NCBI GenBank assembly: GCA_037441385.1 | Contig: JBBISH010000004.1 | Location: forward strand, 64,001 to 128,000 | Length of the DNA: 64,000 bases | Direction: 5' to 3' | From: Myxococcales bacterium | Lineage (GTDB): Bacteria; Myxococcota_A; UBA9042 | Shown here: piece by piece, positions 1 to 9,664 of the stretch | How positions within the stretch are numbered: the first letter of the stretch is position 1 | How the letters are laid out: each line of letters starts with the position of its first letter | Notes under the pieces: model-generated | Told to the model about the DNA's origin: nothing | Databases searched by the model: none | What the model saw: the letters and a program-made list of their open reading frames with translations, nothing else | Made by a program: the position numbers and the translations under genes

Positions 1-1824
1 GAACTCTTCGCGCCAGTTTTCGCGATCTTGCCAGCGCGGTTGCTGCAGCTTGTGCAATAGGAATGGCCCAAGGGCCAGGGCGTCGATGCTGGTGCGCATG
101 AAGCACCGGTAGGCGTCATCGGGCGTGCACACAATCGGCTCGCCGCGCACGTTGAAGCTGGTGTTGATGAGGAGCGGACAGCCGGTCAGGCGCTCGAAGG
201 CCTGGATCAGCTCGTAATAACGGGGATTATCGCGCTGCGAGACAGTCTGGATCCGCGCTGAGTGGTCCACGTGGGTGATGGCCGGCACGCTGGAGCGCGG
301 CCGGTTGACCCATTGAGTGAGATCCAGTTGCTTTTCATCGCCTTGCAGCGGCAACTGCCGGTCTTTGGCCACGTCGGCCACCAGCAGCATGTAGGGCGAC
401 GGGCGATCCAGGTCGAACCATGCGCTCGCATGCTCTTGCAGAACGGACGGCGCGAACGGTCGAAAGCTCTCGCGGAATTTGATTTTCAAGTTCATCTGCG
501 ACTGCATGTGCGGGCTGCGCGGGTCGCCGACGATGCTACGATTGCCCAGCGCGCGTGGGCCGAATTCCATCCGCCCTTGGCAAAGGGCCACCACTTGCTG
601 GTCGGCGAGCAGCTGCGCCACAGCGGCGGGCCACTCGGCGTCGGCGATGCGGGTGTAGGGATAGCCGTGGCGGTCCAGGTAAGTCTGGATGTCTGCTTCG
701 GAAAATTCCGGACCGAGCAGCGCTCCGTGCATGGCATCGTGCACGCCGTCGGCCTGCCGCGCCTGGTCAAAATGCCCATGCCAGACCGCCCACGCCGCCC
801 CCAGCGCGCCACCGGCATCGCCCGCGGCCGGCTGGATCCACAGGTCGCGAAACAGCCCCGAACGCAGCAGCTTGCCGTTGGCGACACAGTTCAGCGCCAC
901 GCCGCCGGCCAGGCACAGGTGCTCCAGGCCCGTGGTCTTGCGCAGGTGGCTGGCGAGCCGAAGCAGCACCAACTCGGCGACTTCTTGGATGGATCGGGCC
1001 ACGTCCATGTGGCGGCGCTCGATGGGCCCCTCGGCGGCGCGCGGCGGCCCGCCGAGCAGCCCGGCCAGCTTGGGGCCGGCCATTCGATCGCCGCCCAGAT
1101 AGTCGAAGTAATCAAGATTCAAGGCAAATGAACCGTCGTCGCGCAGATCGATCAGGTGGTCCAGCATCGTCTGGACGTAGCGCGGCTCGCCGTAGGGCGC
1201 CAGGCCCATCAGCTTGTACTCGCCGGAATTAACTCGAAACCCGCAGTACTGTGTGATGGCCGAATACAGCAACCCCAGCGAGTGCGGATAGGTCAGCTGC
1301 TGGTGGAAGTCGATGCGGTGGTCCGTACCGCTGGCCAACGTGGTGGTGGCCCACTCGCCCACACCGTCGACAGTCAGGATGGCCGCCCGCGGGAACGGCG
1401 ACGGGTAGAAGGCGCTGGCGGCGTGCGACAGGTGATGCTCGGGGAAAAGCAGCCGTTCTGGGGCAGAAATACCCAGATCTTCTAGGGCTTGCGTCAGCCG
1501 CGCCTCGACCCACAGCTTGCGCCGCAGCCACACCGGTACGGCCTGGAGAAACTGGCCCAAGCCGCGCGGCGCCACGGCCCGCTGGGTCTGCAACAACCGA
1601 TGGAACTTCAAAAGCGGCTTGTCGTAGAAGGCGACGGCGTCCAGCCTGTCACCGGGGCGTAACCCCGCTTGCTGCAAACAGAAGCGGATCGACTGCAGCG
1701 GCAGGTCCGCGTCGCCCTTTTTGCGGCTAAAGCGTTCTTCCTGGGCGGCCGCGACCAGGACGCCACCTTGCAGCAGGCAGGCGGCCGAGTCGTGGTAGTC
1801 GCAAGAAATGCCAAGAATGTTCAT
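1..1824 (-). CDS. Carbamoyltransferase (NodU/CmcH/SxtI family), 3' end runs off the window
   Basis: Manual translation from ATG at 1824 gives MNILGISCDYHDSAACLL...AAAQEERFSRKK, and the C-terminal part contains INTSFNVRGEPIVCTP. It is absent from the ORF track because no stop lies inside the window. Confidence 0.93.
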   Translation of the reverse strand, partial: MNILGISCDYHDSAACLLQGGVLVAAAQEERFSRKKGDADLPLQSIRFCLQQAGLRPGDRLDAVAFYDKPLLKFHRLLQTQRAVAPRGLGQFLQAVPVWLRRKLWVEARLTQALEDLGISAPERLLFPEHHLSHAASAFYPSPFPRAAILTVDGVGEWATTTLASGTDHRIDFHQQLTYPHSLGLLYSAITQYCGFRVNSGEYKLMGLAPYGEPRYVQTMLDHLIDLRDDGSFALNLDYFDYLGGDRMAGPKLAGLLGGPPRAAEGPIERRHMDVARSIQEVAELVLLRLASHLRKTTGLEHLCLAGGVALNCVANGKLLRSGLFRDLWIQPAAGDAGGALGAAWAVWHGHFDQARQADGVHDAMHGALLGPEFSEADIQTYLDRHGYPYTRIADAEWPAAVAQLLADQQVVALCQGRMEFGPRALGNRSIVGDPRSPHMQSQMNLKIKFRESFRPFAPSVLQEHASAWFDLDRPSPYMLLVADVAKDRQLPLQGDEKQLDLTQWVNRPRSSVPAITHVDHSARIQTVSQRDNPRYYELIQAFERLTGCPLLINTSFNVRGEPIVCTPDDAYRCFMRTSIDALALGPFLLHKLQQPRWQDRENWREEF

Positions 1825-2228
1825 CAGTAGGGCCGCCAGTTGCGCGTTTGATCCGCATCGCACGCGACAAAGAGGCTGGCCGGTCGGGCCGGCGCGCGCA
1901 GGCGCAGGGGATCCCGGCCGCGGAGGCGAGCGATCCGTCCCAGGGGCCACATCACCGCGACGAACACGGGCGTCAGCAACAGGACCGCAAGCGCAAACTC
2001 CAGGCCGCGGTCGAACTTGCGACCCAGCCACGCCGCAGCCAAGGCCAGGCCAGTGCCAAGGCCGGCCCAAAGCCAGTGGCCCGTCCAAGCGAGCGCGGCC
2101 GCCACCGCCAGCCCCAAAATCAGGTTGCGCAGCCGACGCTTGCGGTCTTGGGCCGCTTCGACCAGCTGCTGCTGGGTGCGCGCACTCTGCAATGGATCCC
2201 AAATGGCGTACGGGGCGGGCGCGCTCAT
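1824..2228 (-). CDS. SxtJ-like membrane protein
   Basis: Hydrophobic segments ending in PLGRIARLRGRDPLRLR. Its stop overlaps the carbamoyltransferase start (TGATG), the usual context for SxtJ-like genes. Confidence 0.7.
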   Translation of the reverse strand: MSAPAPYAIWDPLQSARTQQQLVEAAQDRKRRLRNLILGLAVAAALAWTGHWLWAGLGTGLALAAAWLGRKFDRGLEFALAVLLLTPVFVAVMWPLGRIARLRGRDPLRLRAPARPASLFVACDADQTRNWRPY

Positions 2229-2270
2229 GCGGCGAGGGTAGCGGCGGCGGCGGCGTGCGTAAAGACGCTC

Positions 2271-3083
2271 CTACTCGTCGTCGCGCAGGTAGAAGCTGAC
2301 CTTGAACGAGCGGATCCGCACCGGCACCGGCTTGCCATCGCGCAACCCTGGCTGGAACGGGCAGCGCTGCAGAGCCTGGACCGCCGCCTGGTCCAAACCG
2401 TGACCGAGGCCCTTGATCACCTTGATTTCACGCGCTTTGCCGTCTTCGCCCACCACCAAGTCCAGGACGACCGTGCCTTCCACCGCCGCCTGGCGCGCTT
2501 CTTCGGTGTACTGCCCCTTGCACAGGTCGCGGTCCTTCATCTCGGGCGCCTTTTCGACCTGATGCGCCGGCACCGGCGGCGGCAGCGAAGGCGCCAAGGG
2601 CTTGACCTTCTTGGGATCCTTGGCCGTTCCGTCCGAGCCGGTCTGGATTTGGTTGCCCACGGGCACCGCCGGCCCGGCCCCCGCGTCCGACGTGGAGGCC
2701 ATGTCGATGCCGAACACCGGTTCGTCGCTGTTCGCACCGGCAACGGGCGTCCGTTCGCTAGGTTGCACGTCTTTCTGCGGCGTGTCGGGCGGCGGCTCGT
2801 GCTGGATGGGGCTGGGCGGCCGCGGCTTGGCCGGGCTGTCTCTTTGTGCCTGCTTGGGCGGCGTCTTGGGCGGCGTAGGCTGAGGGGTCAGTTCGTCGGG
2901 GACCTTCTCTTGGGGCGGCGGCTCGGGAGGAGGCGGCGGGGGCGGCGGCGGCTGCGACACCTGAAACATCACGACTTGCTTGGCAGCCGTCTGTTGGTCG
3001 GGCAGGCGTTCCAGGCCGTCGAACAGCAAGAAATGCAGCAGCAGCGACGCTACCACAAAGCCGGCAATGCGCAGCTCGTACAT
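2271..3083 (-). CDS. tonB: Energy transducer TonB
   Basis: N-terminal TM with conserved His (SLLLH), Pro-rich linker, and TonB C-domain (YTEEARQAAVEGTVVL...GLDQAAVQAL...F.PG..DGKPV). Confidence 0.92.
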   Translation of the reverse strand: MYELRIAGFVVASLLLHFLLFDGLERLPDQQTAAKQVVMFQVSQPPPPPPPPPEPPPQEKVPDELTPQPTPPKTPPKQAQRDSPAKPRPPSPIQHEPPPDTPQKDVQPSERTPVAGANSDEPVFGIDMASTSDAGAGPAVPVGNQIQTGSDGTAKDPKKVKPLAPSLPPPVPAHQVEKAPEMKDRDLCKGQYTEEARQAAVEGTVVLDLVVGEDGKAREIKVIKGLGHGLDQAAVQALQRCPFQPGLRDGKPVPVRIRSFKVSFYLRDDE

Positions 3084-3092
3084 GGTCCAGGC

Positions 3093-3521
3093 CTACTTGC
3101 CCGCCGGCGGCGTGAGCGCCGCGGGGTCGATCTGGATAGCAAACGACACGACACCCAAGGCTTTGACGGTGTCGATCACCCACACCACGCGGCCGTGGGC
3201 GGTCTGCTTGTCGGCGGCGATCATCACGACGGTCTTGGGGTTCTTCTTCACGGCATCCCGGACCAGCGCCCGCAGCTCATCGGGCGTCTTGGCTTGTCCT
3301 TCGACGTACATCTCGCCGGTTTTGGTCAGTGTCACACCGATCGGCTTGTTGTCGAGCGAGCCGCCCTGGGCCGCTTTGGGCAGATCGACCTCGATGGCCT
3401 GCTTGGCGATCAGGTTGGCGGTGAGCATGAAAATGATCAGCAGCACCAACATGATGTCGACCAGCGGCGCCACGTTGATGTCGGTGATCATGCCGCGGCC
3501 GCGCCGCGCTCCGCCTGCCAT
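3093..3521 (-). CDS. exbD: Biopolymer transporter ExbD/TolR
   Basis: INVAPLVDIMLVLLIIFM motif and IAADK motif. Confidence 0.93.
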   Translation of the reverse strand: MAGGARRGRGMITDINVAPLVDIMLVLLIIFMLTANLIAKQAIEVDLPKAAQGGSLDNKPIGVTLTKTGEMYVEGQAKTPDELRALVRDAVKKNPKTVVMIAADKQTAHGRVVWVIDTVKALGVVSFAIQIDPAALTPPAGK

Positions 3522-4219
3522 CAGGGCACCTTCCCTTGGCCTTCGCCTGCCGCGGCGCTGGGAGCGGGTCTGGCCTTGATGTGCGCCAAAATGCTGTGCA
3601 AGAGCGCCGTGGACGACGACATGCTCGCCTCGACGTGGCGCGAGAAGGTGTTGTACAGGGCCACCGCCGGCAGTGCGACCAGCAGGCCCACGCCGGTCGC
3701 CACCAGCGCCTCGGCAATGCCGGCCATCACGGCCTGCGCGCCCTGTGCAGTGTTGGCGGCCAGGTCGTGAAAGGCGCGGATGATGCCGAGCACCGTGCCG
3801 AACAGGCCGACGAACGGGGCGTTGCTGCCCAGCGTGCCCAAGAACGCCAGGCCGCGCTCGTAGCGCAACCGCTCATTTTCCAAGACGCCGGCCACGTGCT
3901 CGGCCACCGAGTCAGCGCCTTGGTGGGCGTTGCGCAGGGCCACGCGCAGCACAGAGTCTTGCATCGAATTGCCGTCGCCCAGCTGGATCAGCGCTTCCGG
4001 AGCACCACGATTCTGCATGGTCTCTAGGGCTTTTTGTATCTGCGCCGCCCGCTGCCGGGCCCGCCAGAAGAACCAAACGCGCTCCAGAGCGATCGCCACC
4101 GCGACCACCGACAGGATCAGCAGCAGCCACAGCACCCAGCGCGACCCGACTTTCAGCATCAAGTCGAGCAGTTGCGCGTCGACGGTCTGGCCACCTTCGG
4201 CCACGGCGGGGGAACTCAT
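3521..4219 (-). CDS. exbB: MotA/TolQ/ExbB proton channel protein
   Basis: LGTLGSNAPFVGLFGTVLGII...GIAEALVATGVGLLVALPA motifs. Confidence 0.93.
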   Translation of the reverse strand: MSSPAVAEGGQTVDAQLLDLMLKVGSRWVLWLLLILSVVAVAIALERVWFFWRARQRAAQIQKALETMQNRGAPEALIQLGDGNSMQDSVLRVALRNAHQGADSVAEHVAGVLENERLRYERGLAFLGTLGSNAPFVGLFGTVLGIIRAFHDLAANTAQGAQAVMAGIAEALVATGVGLLVALPAVALYNTFSRHVEASMSSSTALLHSILAHIKARPAPSAAAGEGQGKVP

Positions 4220-4228
4220 GCCTATGCC

Positions 4229-6835
4229 TCACAGACGGCCGCGGATACCCACGGTCGGCAACACGTAGCGGATGAAACTGCCCGCCACCACTTCTTCGGG
4301 AAACAGCGTGATGTTGGTGACATCGACGTAGAAGTCGAACAGCCACTTGTTGTAGACGGCGCGTTTGTCCACGCGCATGTCGATGCGGAAATAGCCCTCT
4401 GTGCGGGCGGTGTTGTAGCCGTAGGTGGTGGTGGTGGGCTTGCCGCTCTGGTACTGCAGGCGCACGCCCAGATCCCAGTTGCGCGGCAGCGGCATCCCTG
4501 CGACCACATTGAGCAAGTGCGTCCGATCGAAGTCGTAGGGCACCCACTCGCCTTGCCGCTGACGTTCAGACAGCGACAACGTGTAGGCGAGCCAGCCGTA
4601 GAGACCCGTCTTGGACTGCCGGCGCAGCATGAATTCCGTGCCGTACGAGCGCCCCAGCTGCGGCGTATACAGGTTTTGCTGCAAACGCTGCGCCGCCGAG
4701 GTCGTGTCGGGGTTGGGGATCTCGCCGGGCATCGTCGTGGGCGCCAGCTTGGCCACCGAGCTTTGGTTGATCGACAAGTCAAAGACCACGGGATTCATGT
4801 CGTTGTAGTAGGCCTCGACCGTCAGGCCCACGCCGCTCGCCACCGGGATCTCGGCGCCGATGCTGGTCTGGACGGCCTTGAGCAGCCCGTACTTGAGCGG
4901 CATGGTGTCCAAGCCTGGAATCGGCAAAAAGAACCGCGGTGGCTGGTGGTAGACGCCGCTGCCGCCCTTGATCCAGACCGAGCGGGCGTCCGAGCCGGCC
5001 GTGGCGGTGACGCCATCGGGCAGGCCCAAGTCCATCAGGCGGTAGCGGGCGGTCAAGCGCGGGTCGAAGGCGCCGATCGAGGCCGAGCCGTCCGTGCGGT
5101 AGTCGTAGCGCACACCCGGCCGGATCAGCCAGTTCTTGGTGGGTCGGTACAGCGCCTCGGCAAGGCCAGCAAAAAGACTGGTACTTTTGATATCATCGAC
5201 AAATGAATTGCCCAGACCCTGGGAGCCTGTGGTCGCCGCCTGCGACACCTGTTGCTGCGTGTAATGCCAGAAACCTTCCAGACCTGCGGTGGTGGTGAGC
5301 TGCTCGCTCGGTCGCCAGTGCCAGCGCGCGCTGGGCTCGACCACCCAGGTGGTCACACCGTTGGCCGAGCCGAACAGGCTGTCGTCGTAGCCGGTGACCA
5401 GGCGATAGGTGAAGTCATGCTGGCCCTGGCCATTTTGCCCGCGCAAGTCCAAGCGATGGAAGGCCAATTTGAGCGAGGGCTCCAGTGGCGGATTCGCGAC
5501 GCTCTCGTAGCCGGCCTTGGGTGTGCTGACCGTGTCGCTGGCGCCAAAGGCAAAGATCGTATAGCCGTTGCGGGCATTGCCGCCGTCGAACCGCAGCTGG
5601 TAGTCCCAGTAGGCCAGCGAGGCCTGATCGGTGGCCAGGCTCATCAAGAAGCCGGGATAGCCCCAACGCCCCGCCGCCGTCGCCGTGCCGCCCAGCGCCG
5701 GGATCGGCTGGCGCACCAAGGCCCCGGTCTGCAGCAGGTTCATGTCCACGTCGATCAGGTGCTCGTCACTGCGGGCGCGGCGGGTCCGACCGTCGATGAT
5801 GCCGGCGGTATAGCCGCCGTAGAGCACCGGTGCGCCGCCAGGATAGAATTGAATTTCGTCGATGAACTCAGGATGAATCACCGACGGCCCAGCGAGCATG
5901 TGGTAGAGCAGCGGCACCCGCGTGCCATCGATCAAGTAGCCCGTGCTGCCGGGACTGGCGCCGCGCACCACCGGAAACGGCAACAGCGACATGATCGACG
6001 CAACGCCCGGCAAGGCCTGCACCACCCGGAACGGATCGCCAAAGGTACCAGGAACTTGGCGGATCTCGGGCCCGCGCAGCGTGACGCGCGACAGCTCTTC
6101 GCGGCGCTGATCGCCGTAGACCATGATCTCGTAGGGATCGTAGCGCTCGCGCTCGACGAAATAGGCGACGCCGACGTCTTGGTTGTCGCCGACGGTCTCG
6201 TACTGGAGGAATGCCTTGTAGCCTACGGCGTGGACGCGGACCTCGACCTTGCCCGGTGGCAGCGCGATGCGGAACCGACCGCGCAGGTCGGCATCGGTCT
6301 CGTACACTTGGCCGCCCACCTTGGCCGAGAGCGTCGCGCCCTGTACCGGTCCGCGGGTGCCCTTTTCGACCAGCCTGCCGTGCAACATCGCGGTCATCGC
6401 CGGGCCACCGGGCTTTTGCGGCACCACCCGCGGCGGCGGGCGCGGCACAAAGGTGTGGGTGTAGCTGATGGCGACGGCCACGGGCTTGCCACCGTAGCGG
6501 GCTGGCTTGAAGACCCATTTCTGAGCGGCATCCAGCACGGCCTGATCGAACGGCGGCTGCGGTTCGCTCAGCAGCTCGACCTTCTTGACCGTGCCTTCGG
6601 CGGTCACCGTGATGCGCACCCGGACCACGACGGGCTGACTGATCTGCGTCACGCCGGCCGGCAGATCGATGGCTGTCGACGTCGCCGGCTTGGGCGGATC
6701 GAGCACCGGCTTGGCCTCGGCCGTAGACGTCGCAGCGGCAGGCAGCGGCGCAGCCTCGTCCGCTCCAGCCGGGCCGGCAAGGAGCAACATGCTCACACAG
6801 GCATACAACAGCCTAGTCAGGGTTCTTAGCGCCAT
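4229..6835 (-). CDS. TonB-dependent receptor with N-terminal TonB-C-like and carboxypeptidase-regulatory-like domains
   Basis: Signal peptide from MALRTL (ATG 6835), TonB-C-like segment (FDQAVLDAAQKWVFKPARYGGKPV), plug (PGTFGDPFRVVQALPGV), barrel motifs (FDRTH) and terminal LPTVGIRGRL. Confidence 0.88.
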   Translation of the reverse strand: MALRTLTRLLYACVSMLLLAGPAGADEAAPLPAAATSTAEAKPVLDPPKPATSTAIDLPAGVTQISQPVVVRVRITVTAEGTVKKVELLSEPQPPFDQAVLDAAQKWVFKPARYGGKPVAVAISYTHTFVPRPPPRVVPQKPGGPAMTAMLHGRLVEKGTRGPVQGATLSAKVGGQVYETDADLRGRFRIALPPGKVEVRVHAVGYKAFLQYETVGDNQDVGVAYFVERERYDPYEIMVYGDQRREELSRVTLRGPEIRQVPGTFGDPFRVVQALPGVASIMSLLPFPVVRGASPGSTGYLIDGTRVPLLYHMLAGPSVIHPEFIDEIQFYPGGAPVLYGGYTAGIIDGRTRRARSDEHLIDVDMNLLQTGALVRQPIPALGGTATAAGRWGYPGFLMSLATDQASLAYWDYQLRFDGGNARNGYTIFAFGASDTVSTPKAGYESVANPPLEPSLKLAFHRLDLRGQNGQGQHDFTYRLVTGYDDSLFGSANGVTTWVVEPSARWHWRPSEQLTTTAGLEGFWHYTQQQVSQAATTGSQGLGNSFVDDIKSTSLFAGLAEALYRPTKNWLIRPGVRYDYRTDGSASIGAFDPRLTARYRLMDLGLPDGVTATAGSDARSVWIKGGSGVYHQPPRFFLPIPGLDTMPLKYGLLKAVQTSIGAEIPVASGVGLTVEAYYNDMNPVVFDLSINQSSVAKLAPTTMPGEIPNPDTTSAAQRLQQNLYTPQLGRSYGTEFMLRRQSKTGLYGWLAYTLSLSERQRQGEWVPYDFDRTHLLNVVAGMPLPRNWDLGVRLQYQSGKPTTTTYGYNTARTEGYFRIDMRVDKRAVYNKWLFDFYVDVTNITLFPEEVVAGSFIRYVLPTVGIRGRL

Positions 6836-7626
6836 CCGACCACCCATCCCAGGCTGCCACCGTAATGGGGCCACCACTGGCGGCGCGTGATCGGTTGCCC
6901 GGTGTCGGTCTCGATGTTGACGGCGGTTTCGACGCAGGCGGTCCACTGGCCGTCGACCTGGGCGGTGGCGCCGGTGGTGAGCATCGGCCCCAAGACGAAC
7001 AGGTACTCGGCGCGCAGCAGCGCCGCGACGCCGGTGCCCGAGCACGACGACACGGGCGGGTAGGTCTTGGTCATGGTGTACGAGGAGGCCAGGACCTTGA
7101 GCTGGTCGGCGTTGGGTTCTTGGCGCCCCGACCGGCCTTCGGTGATGCCAGCAAAGCCGAAACCCATCGCCAGTTGCAGGTTGTCGGTCACGTGCCAGGT
7201 GGGATCGAGGGTGCCGGTCCAGCGCAATCCGGCAAGGCCGGTGCTGGACGTGCCGTAGCCGCTCGATACGGGCGCGGCGGCAACCGACCCATAGGCAAAA
7301 TTCATCAGCAGGGACCAGTCTTGATCGACCCGCAGACCAAAGCGGATCACGACGCCGTTGCCGCGACCGCCCGGCGCGCCCGACAAGCCGTACAGCCAGC
7401 CATAGTCCCAGCCAAGGAGGATGCGGAACCCCGTTGATTTCCAGGCTTGGCGGTCCGACTCGGTCGGCAGGCTAAGCTTGATCTCCAAGTCGTCGTCTTT
7501 GTCGGGCGACGCCGCCGCCGGGGCGTCCACCGCCGTCGCGGCCGCAGCAGGCGCCACGTCCTCGGCCCAGGCCGGTCCGGTCGCGAGCAGGCCCGCAGCC
7601 AGCAGCATGGAGATGGCCAACTTCAT
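6826..7626 (-). CDS. Exported protein, probable small outer-membrane beta-barrel
   Basis: Signal peptide MKLAISMLLAAGLLATGPAWA, alternating Gly/aromatic strands, aromatic C-terminus (WVVGWR), ATGA overlap with the upstream gene. Confidence 0.6.
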   Translation of the reverse strand: MKLAISMLLAAGLLATGPAWAEDVAPAAAATAVDAPAAASPDKDDDLEIKLSLPTESDRQAWKSTGFRILLGWDYGWLYGLSGAPGGRGNGVVIRFGLRVDQDWSLLMNFAYGSVAAAPVSSGYGTSSTGLAGLRWTGTLDPTWHVTDNLQLAMGFGFAGITEGRSGRQEPNADQLKVLASSYTMTKTYPPVSSCSGTGVAALLRAEYLFVLGPMLTTGATAQVDGQWTACVETAVNIETDTGQPITRRQWWPHYGGSLGWVVGWR

Positions 7627-8777
7627 TTGGTCTTTGGCTCCGGGAAGGCTTCGCATGGCCACCAAGCCGGTGGCACTTTGCTGACATCCCAATCGGGCTC
7701 TTTGCACGTTGCGCTGTTCTGGCAGCCCTTGAGCAAAATGTGGCCGACGGCTTTGCACTCGCCGGGCACGCCCGTGTAGACCAAGTGATTCTTGTCGACA
7801 CAGGCCCAGTGGGCAGGCGGTGACCAGAATTTTTCGGCCTGGCGATAGCGGACGGCGCCTTGGCGACAGATGACGTCGCGGACGGCAGGCGTGGGACCGG
7901 CGGCCAAGTCGACAACGTGGTCGGCGATGGGACTGTACGCGCAGGTCGCTTTGGCGGGCGAACCCTCTACGTCCTGCCAGGTGAAACCTTGCGGCGGGTC
8001 GCTGCAGCCCACCGTGGGGTAGAAGAGCTTGGCGAGGTTCCACTGCCCTTCGCGAACCATCAGGCGCGTGCTGGACTTTGCCATCGACAAGAAGCTGGCG
8101 GCGTAGACGAAGTCTTCTTTGACCTGCTTGGGGCCGCCCATCATGCCGCCAGGACCGCCGCCCTGGCCACCCCCCGGCCCGCCGCCGTCGCCCATTTCGT
8201 CCGACGAGGTAGTGGCTCGCGGCAACTGCGCCTGCAGCAAGCCCAAAGTGGCGCTCTGATCGCGGTCGTCGTAGACGACCACCGTGGCAATAGCGGCCCG
8301 GTCGCCCGGCAAACCGACGAAGACGTTGGCCACGGGCAGTTCGTCAAACACGATTTCGGCTGTCTCGCCGGGCTTGATCGGCACCGACGGGCCAAACGCG
8401 CCGCCCTGCACGCCACCACCGCCTCCACCACCACCGCCCGATGCGTACGGCGCCACAGAAAACACGTCGGTGCAGCCGGCGGCGGCCACGGCGGTTTGCG
8501 AGGCGTCCAGCGGCTCGCCCACGCCCAGGCTGGCCTGGTAGGCCTGAAGGCAGAAAAGGTCGGGCGACGGTAGGCCAAGCCAGACCACGGCGGCGCGCAA
8601 ATGCTGCGGCCCGGGCGGGCTGCCCGGAGTCGGCGCAGGGGCAAAGATGGCTGGATCGTTGGTCAAATGCACACGGATGCGGCCAACGGTCTGCGACGTG
8701 TCGGTCAGGGCCAGAGTACCCTGGTCGCAGGCCGCCAGGACGGTCACCGCAGCGGCGGCCCAATGCAGCAACCTCAT
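7623..8777 (-). CDS. Cys- and Gly-rich lipoprotein of unknown function
   Basis: Lipobox LAAC after MRLLHWAAAAVTV, poly-Gly tracts, several Cys, ATGA overlap with the upstream gene. Confidence 0.65.
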   Translation of the reverse strand: MRLLHWAAAAVTVLAACDQGTLALTDTSQTVGRIRVHLTNDPAIFAPAPTPGSPPGPQHLRAAVVWLGLPSPDLFCLQAYQASLGVGEPLDASQTAVAAAGCTDVFSVAPYASGGGGGGGGGVQGGAFGPSVPIKPGETAEIVFDELPVANVFVGLPGDRAAIATVVVYDDRDQSATLGLLQAQLPRATTSSDEMGDGGGPGGGQGGGPGGMMGGPKQVKEDFVYAASFLSMAKSSTRLMVREGQWNLAKLFYPTVGCSDPPQGFTWQDVEGSPAKATCAYSPIADHVVDLAAGPTPAVRDVICRQGAVRYRQAEKFWSPPAHWACVDKNHLVYTGVPGECKAVGHILLKGCQNSATCKEPDWDVSKVPPAWWPCEAFPEPKTK

Positions 8778-9439
8778 GGCAGCCACCCCGCGGCCAAGCT
8801 CGCCGTAAACCCAAGATCGGGCTGGCCATCGCGCAGGTGGAAAGCCGGGCCGATCAGGACGGTGGCCCCCCAACCGGCATAGACCGGCAATTGCACACCC
8901 AGCCGCAGGTCCGCGGCGGGCAAGGCCGCCCAAGCCGAACTGGTCGTCGCGACGTTGAGTTGGCTGAGCCGGCTGGCCTGGGCACGGGCGCGATGCTCGT
9001 ACAGGGCCGTTACACCGGCTCCCACTTGCACAATCAAGCGCGCCCGACCCGCATAGGCCTGCAGGCCGGCCAGCGCCCGCGCGCGGAATTCGTCGTGCGT
9101 CACCGCCCACGAGGGGCTGTATTCGGTGGCGCGGACCCAGCCAAGCTCGGCGCCCCACACCACGGTGTCGCCGCGAATCACGCGCACGCTGGGGCCCATG
9201 GCCAGCCCCGTACCCAAGGCGGCCGGAGAAGCTGCCACCACGGACAAGTCGGCAGCAGCCCACGCGGTGGTTGGCGCGGGTGAAGTGGCTGGGGTGGCCG
9301 CATCGGCGGTCGCGACGGCATCGGCGGGATCGGCGCACGCTGCGTAGGGAGCCAGCAGACCCGCCGCGAGCAGGATCACCGCCACACGGTTGGCCACAGG
9401 CGGGCGATGCCGTAGCCAAGCGACCTTCGCGGCCAGCAT
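8774..9439 (-). CDS. Exported protein, probable outer-membrane beta-barrel (start uncertain)
   Basis: Signal-like VAVILLAAGLLAPYAACA followed by amphipathic beta-strand pattern. First gene of the overlapping minus-strand operon. Confidence 0.55.
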   Translation of the reverse strand: MLAAKVAWLRHRPPVANRVAVILLAAGLLAPYAACADPADAVATADAATPATSPAPTTAWAAADLSVVAASPAALGTGLAMGPSVRVIRGDTVVWGAELGWVRATEYSPSWAVTHDEFRARALAGLQAYAGRARLIVQVGAGVTALYEHRARAQASRLSQLNVATTSSAWAALPAADLRLGVQLPVYAGWGATVLIGPAFHLRDGQPDLGFTASLAAGWLP

Positions 9440-9664
9440 CCTGCAAGCGAGCATCGTGCCTCGACCATGGCCGCGCGTCTGCCCGGCCGGTCCGCCACAA
9501 TGGCGCTCACCGCACGCTGGGTCAAGTGGGCGCTGGCCTACCAGGCCCGTATTGACACTTCTTCGCGACGCAATCGGCACAGGGCGTGACGCAGCCGCGA
9601 CACGACTGGCTAGGCGACCAAGGCGGCGACTGCGATACTGGCGGCAACTGGCCGGGCGGGCGCG

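Noticed and set aside
1..2228. Saxitoxin biosynthesis cluster
   Set aside because: SxtI/SxtJ-like pairs are widespread outside toxin producers, and no sxtA or other sxt genes are visible.
9455..9664. FNR box between the TonB operon and the FNR-like gene
   Set aside because: Only a TTGAC half-site (9552-9556) is present, with no matching ATCAA/GTCAA at 4 bp spacing.
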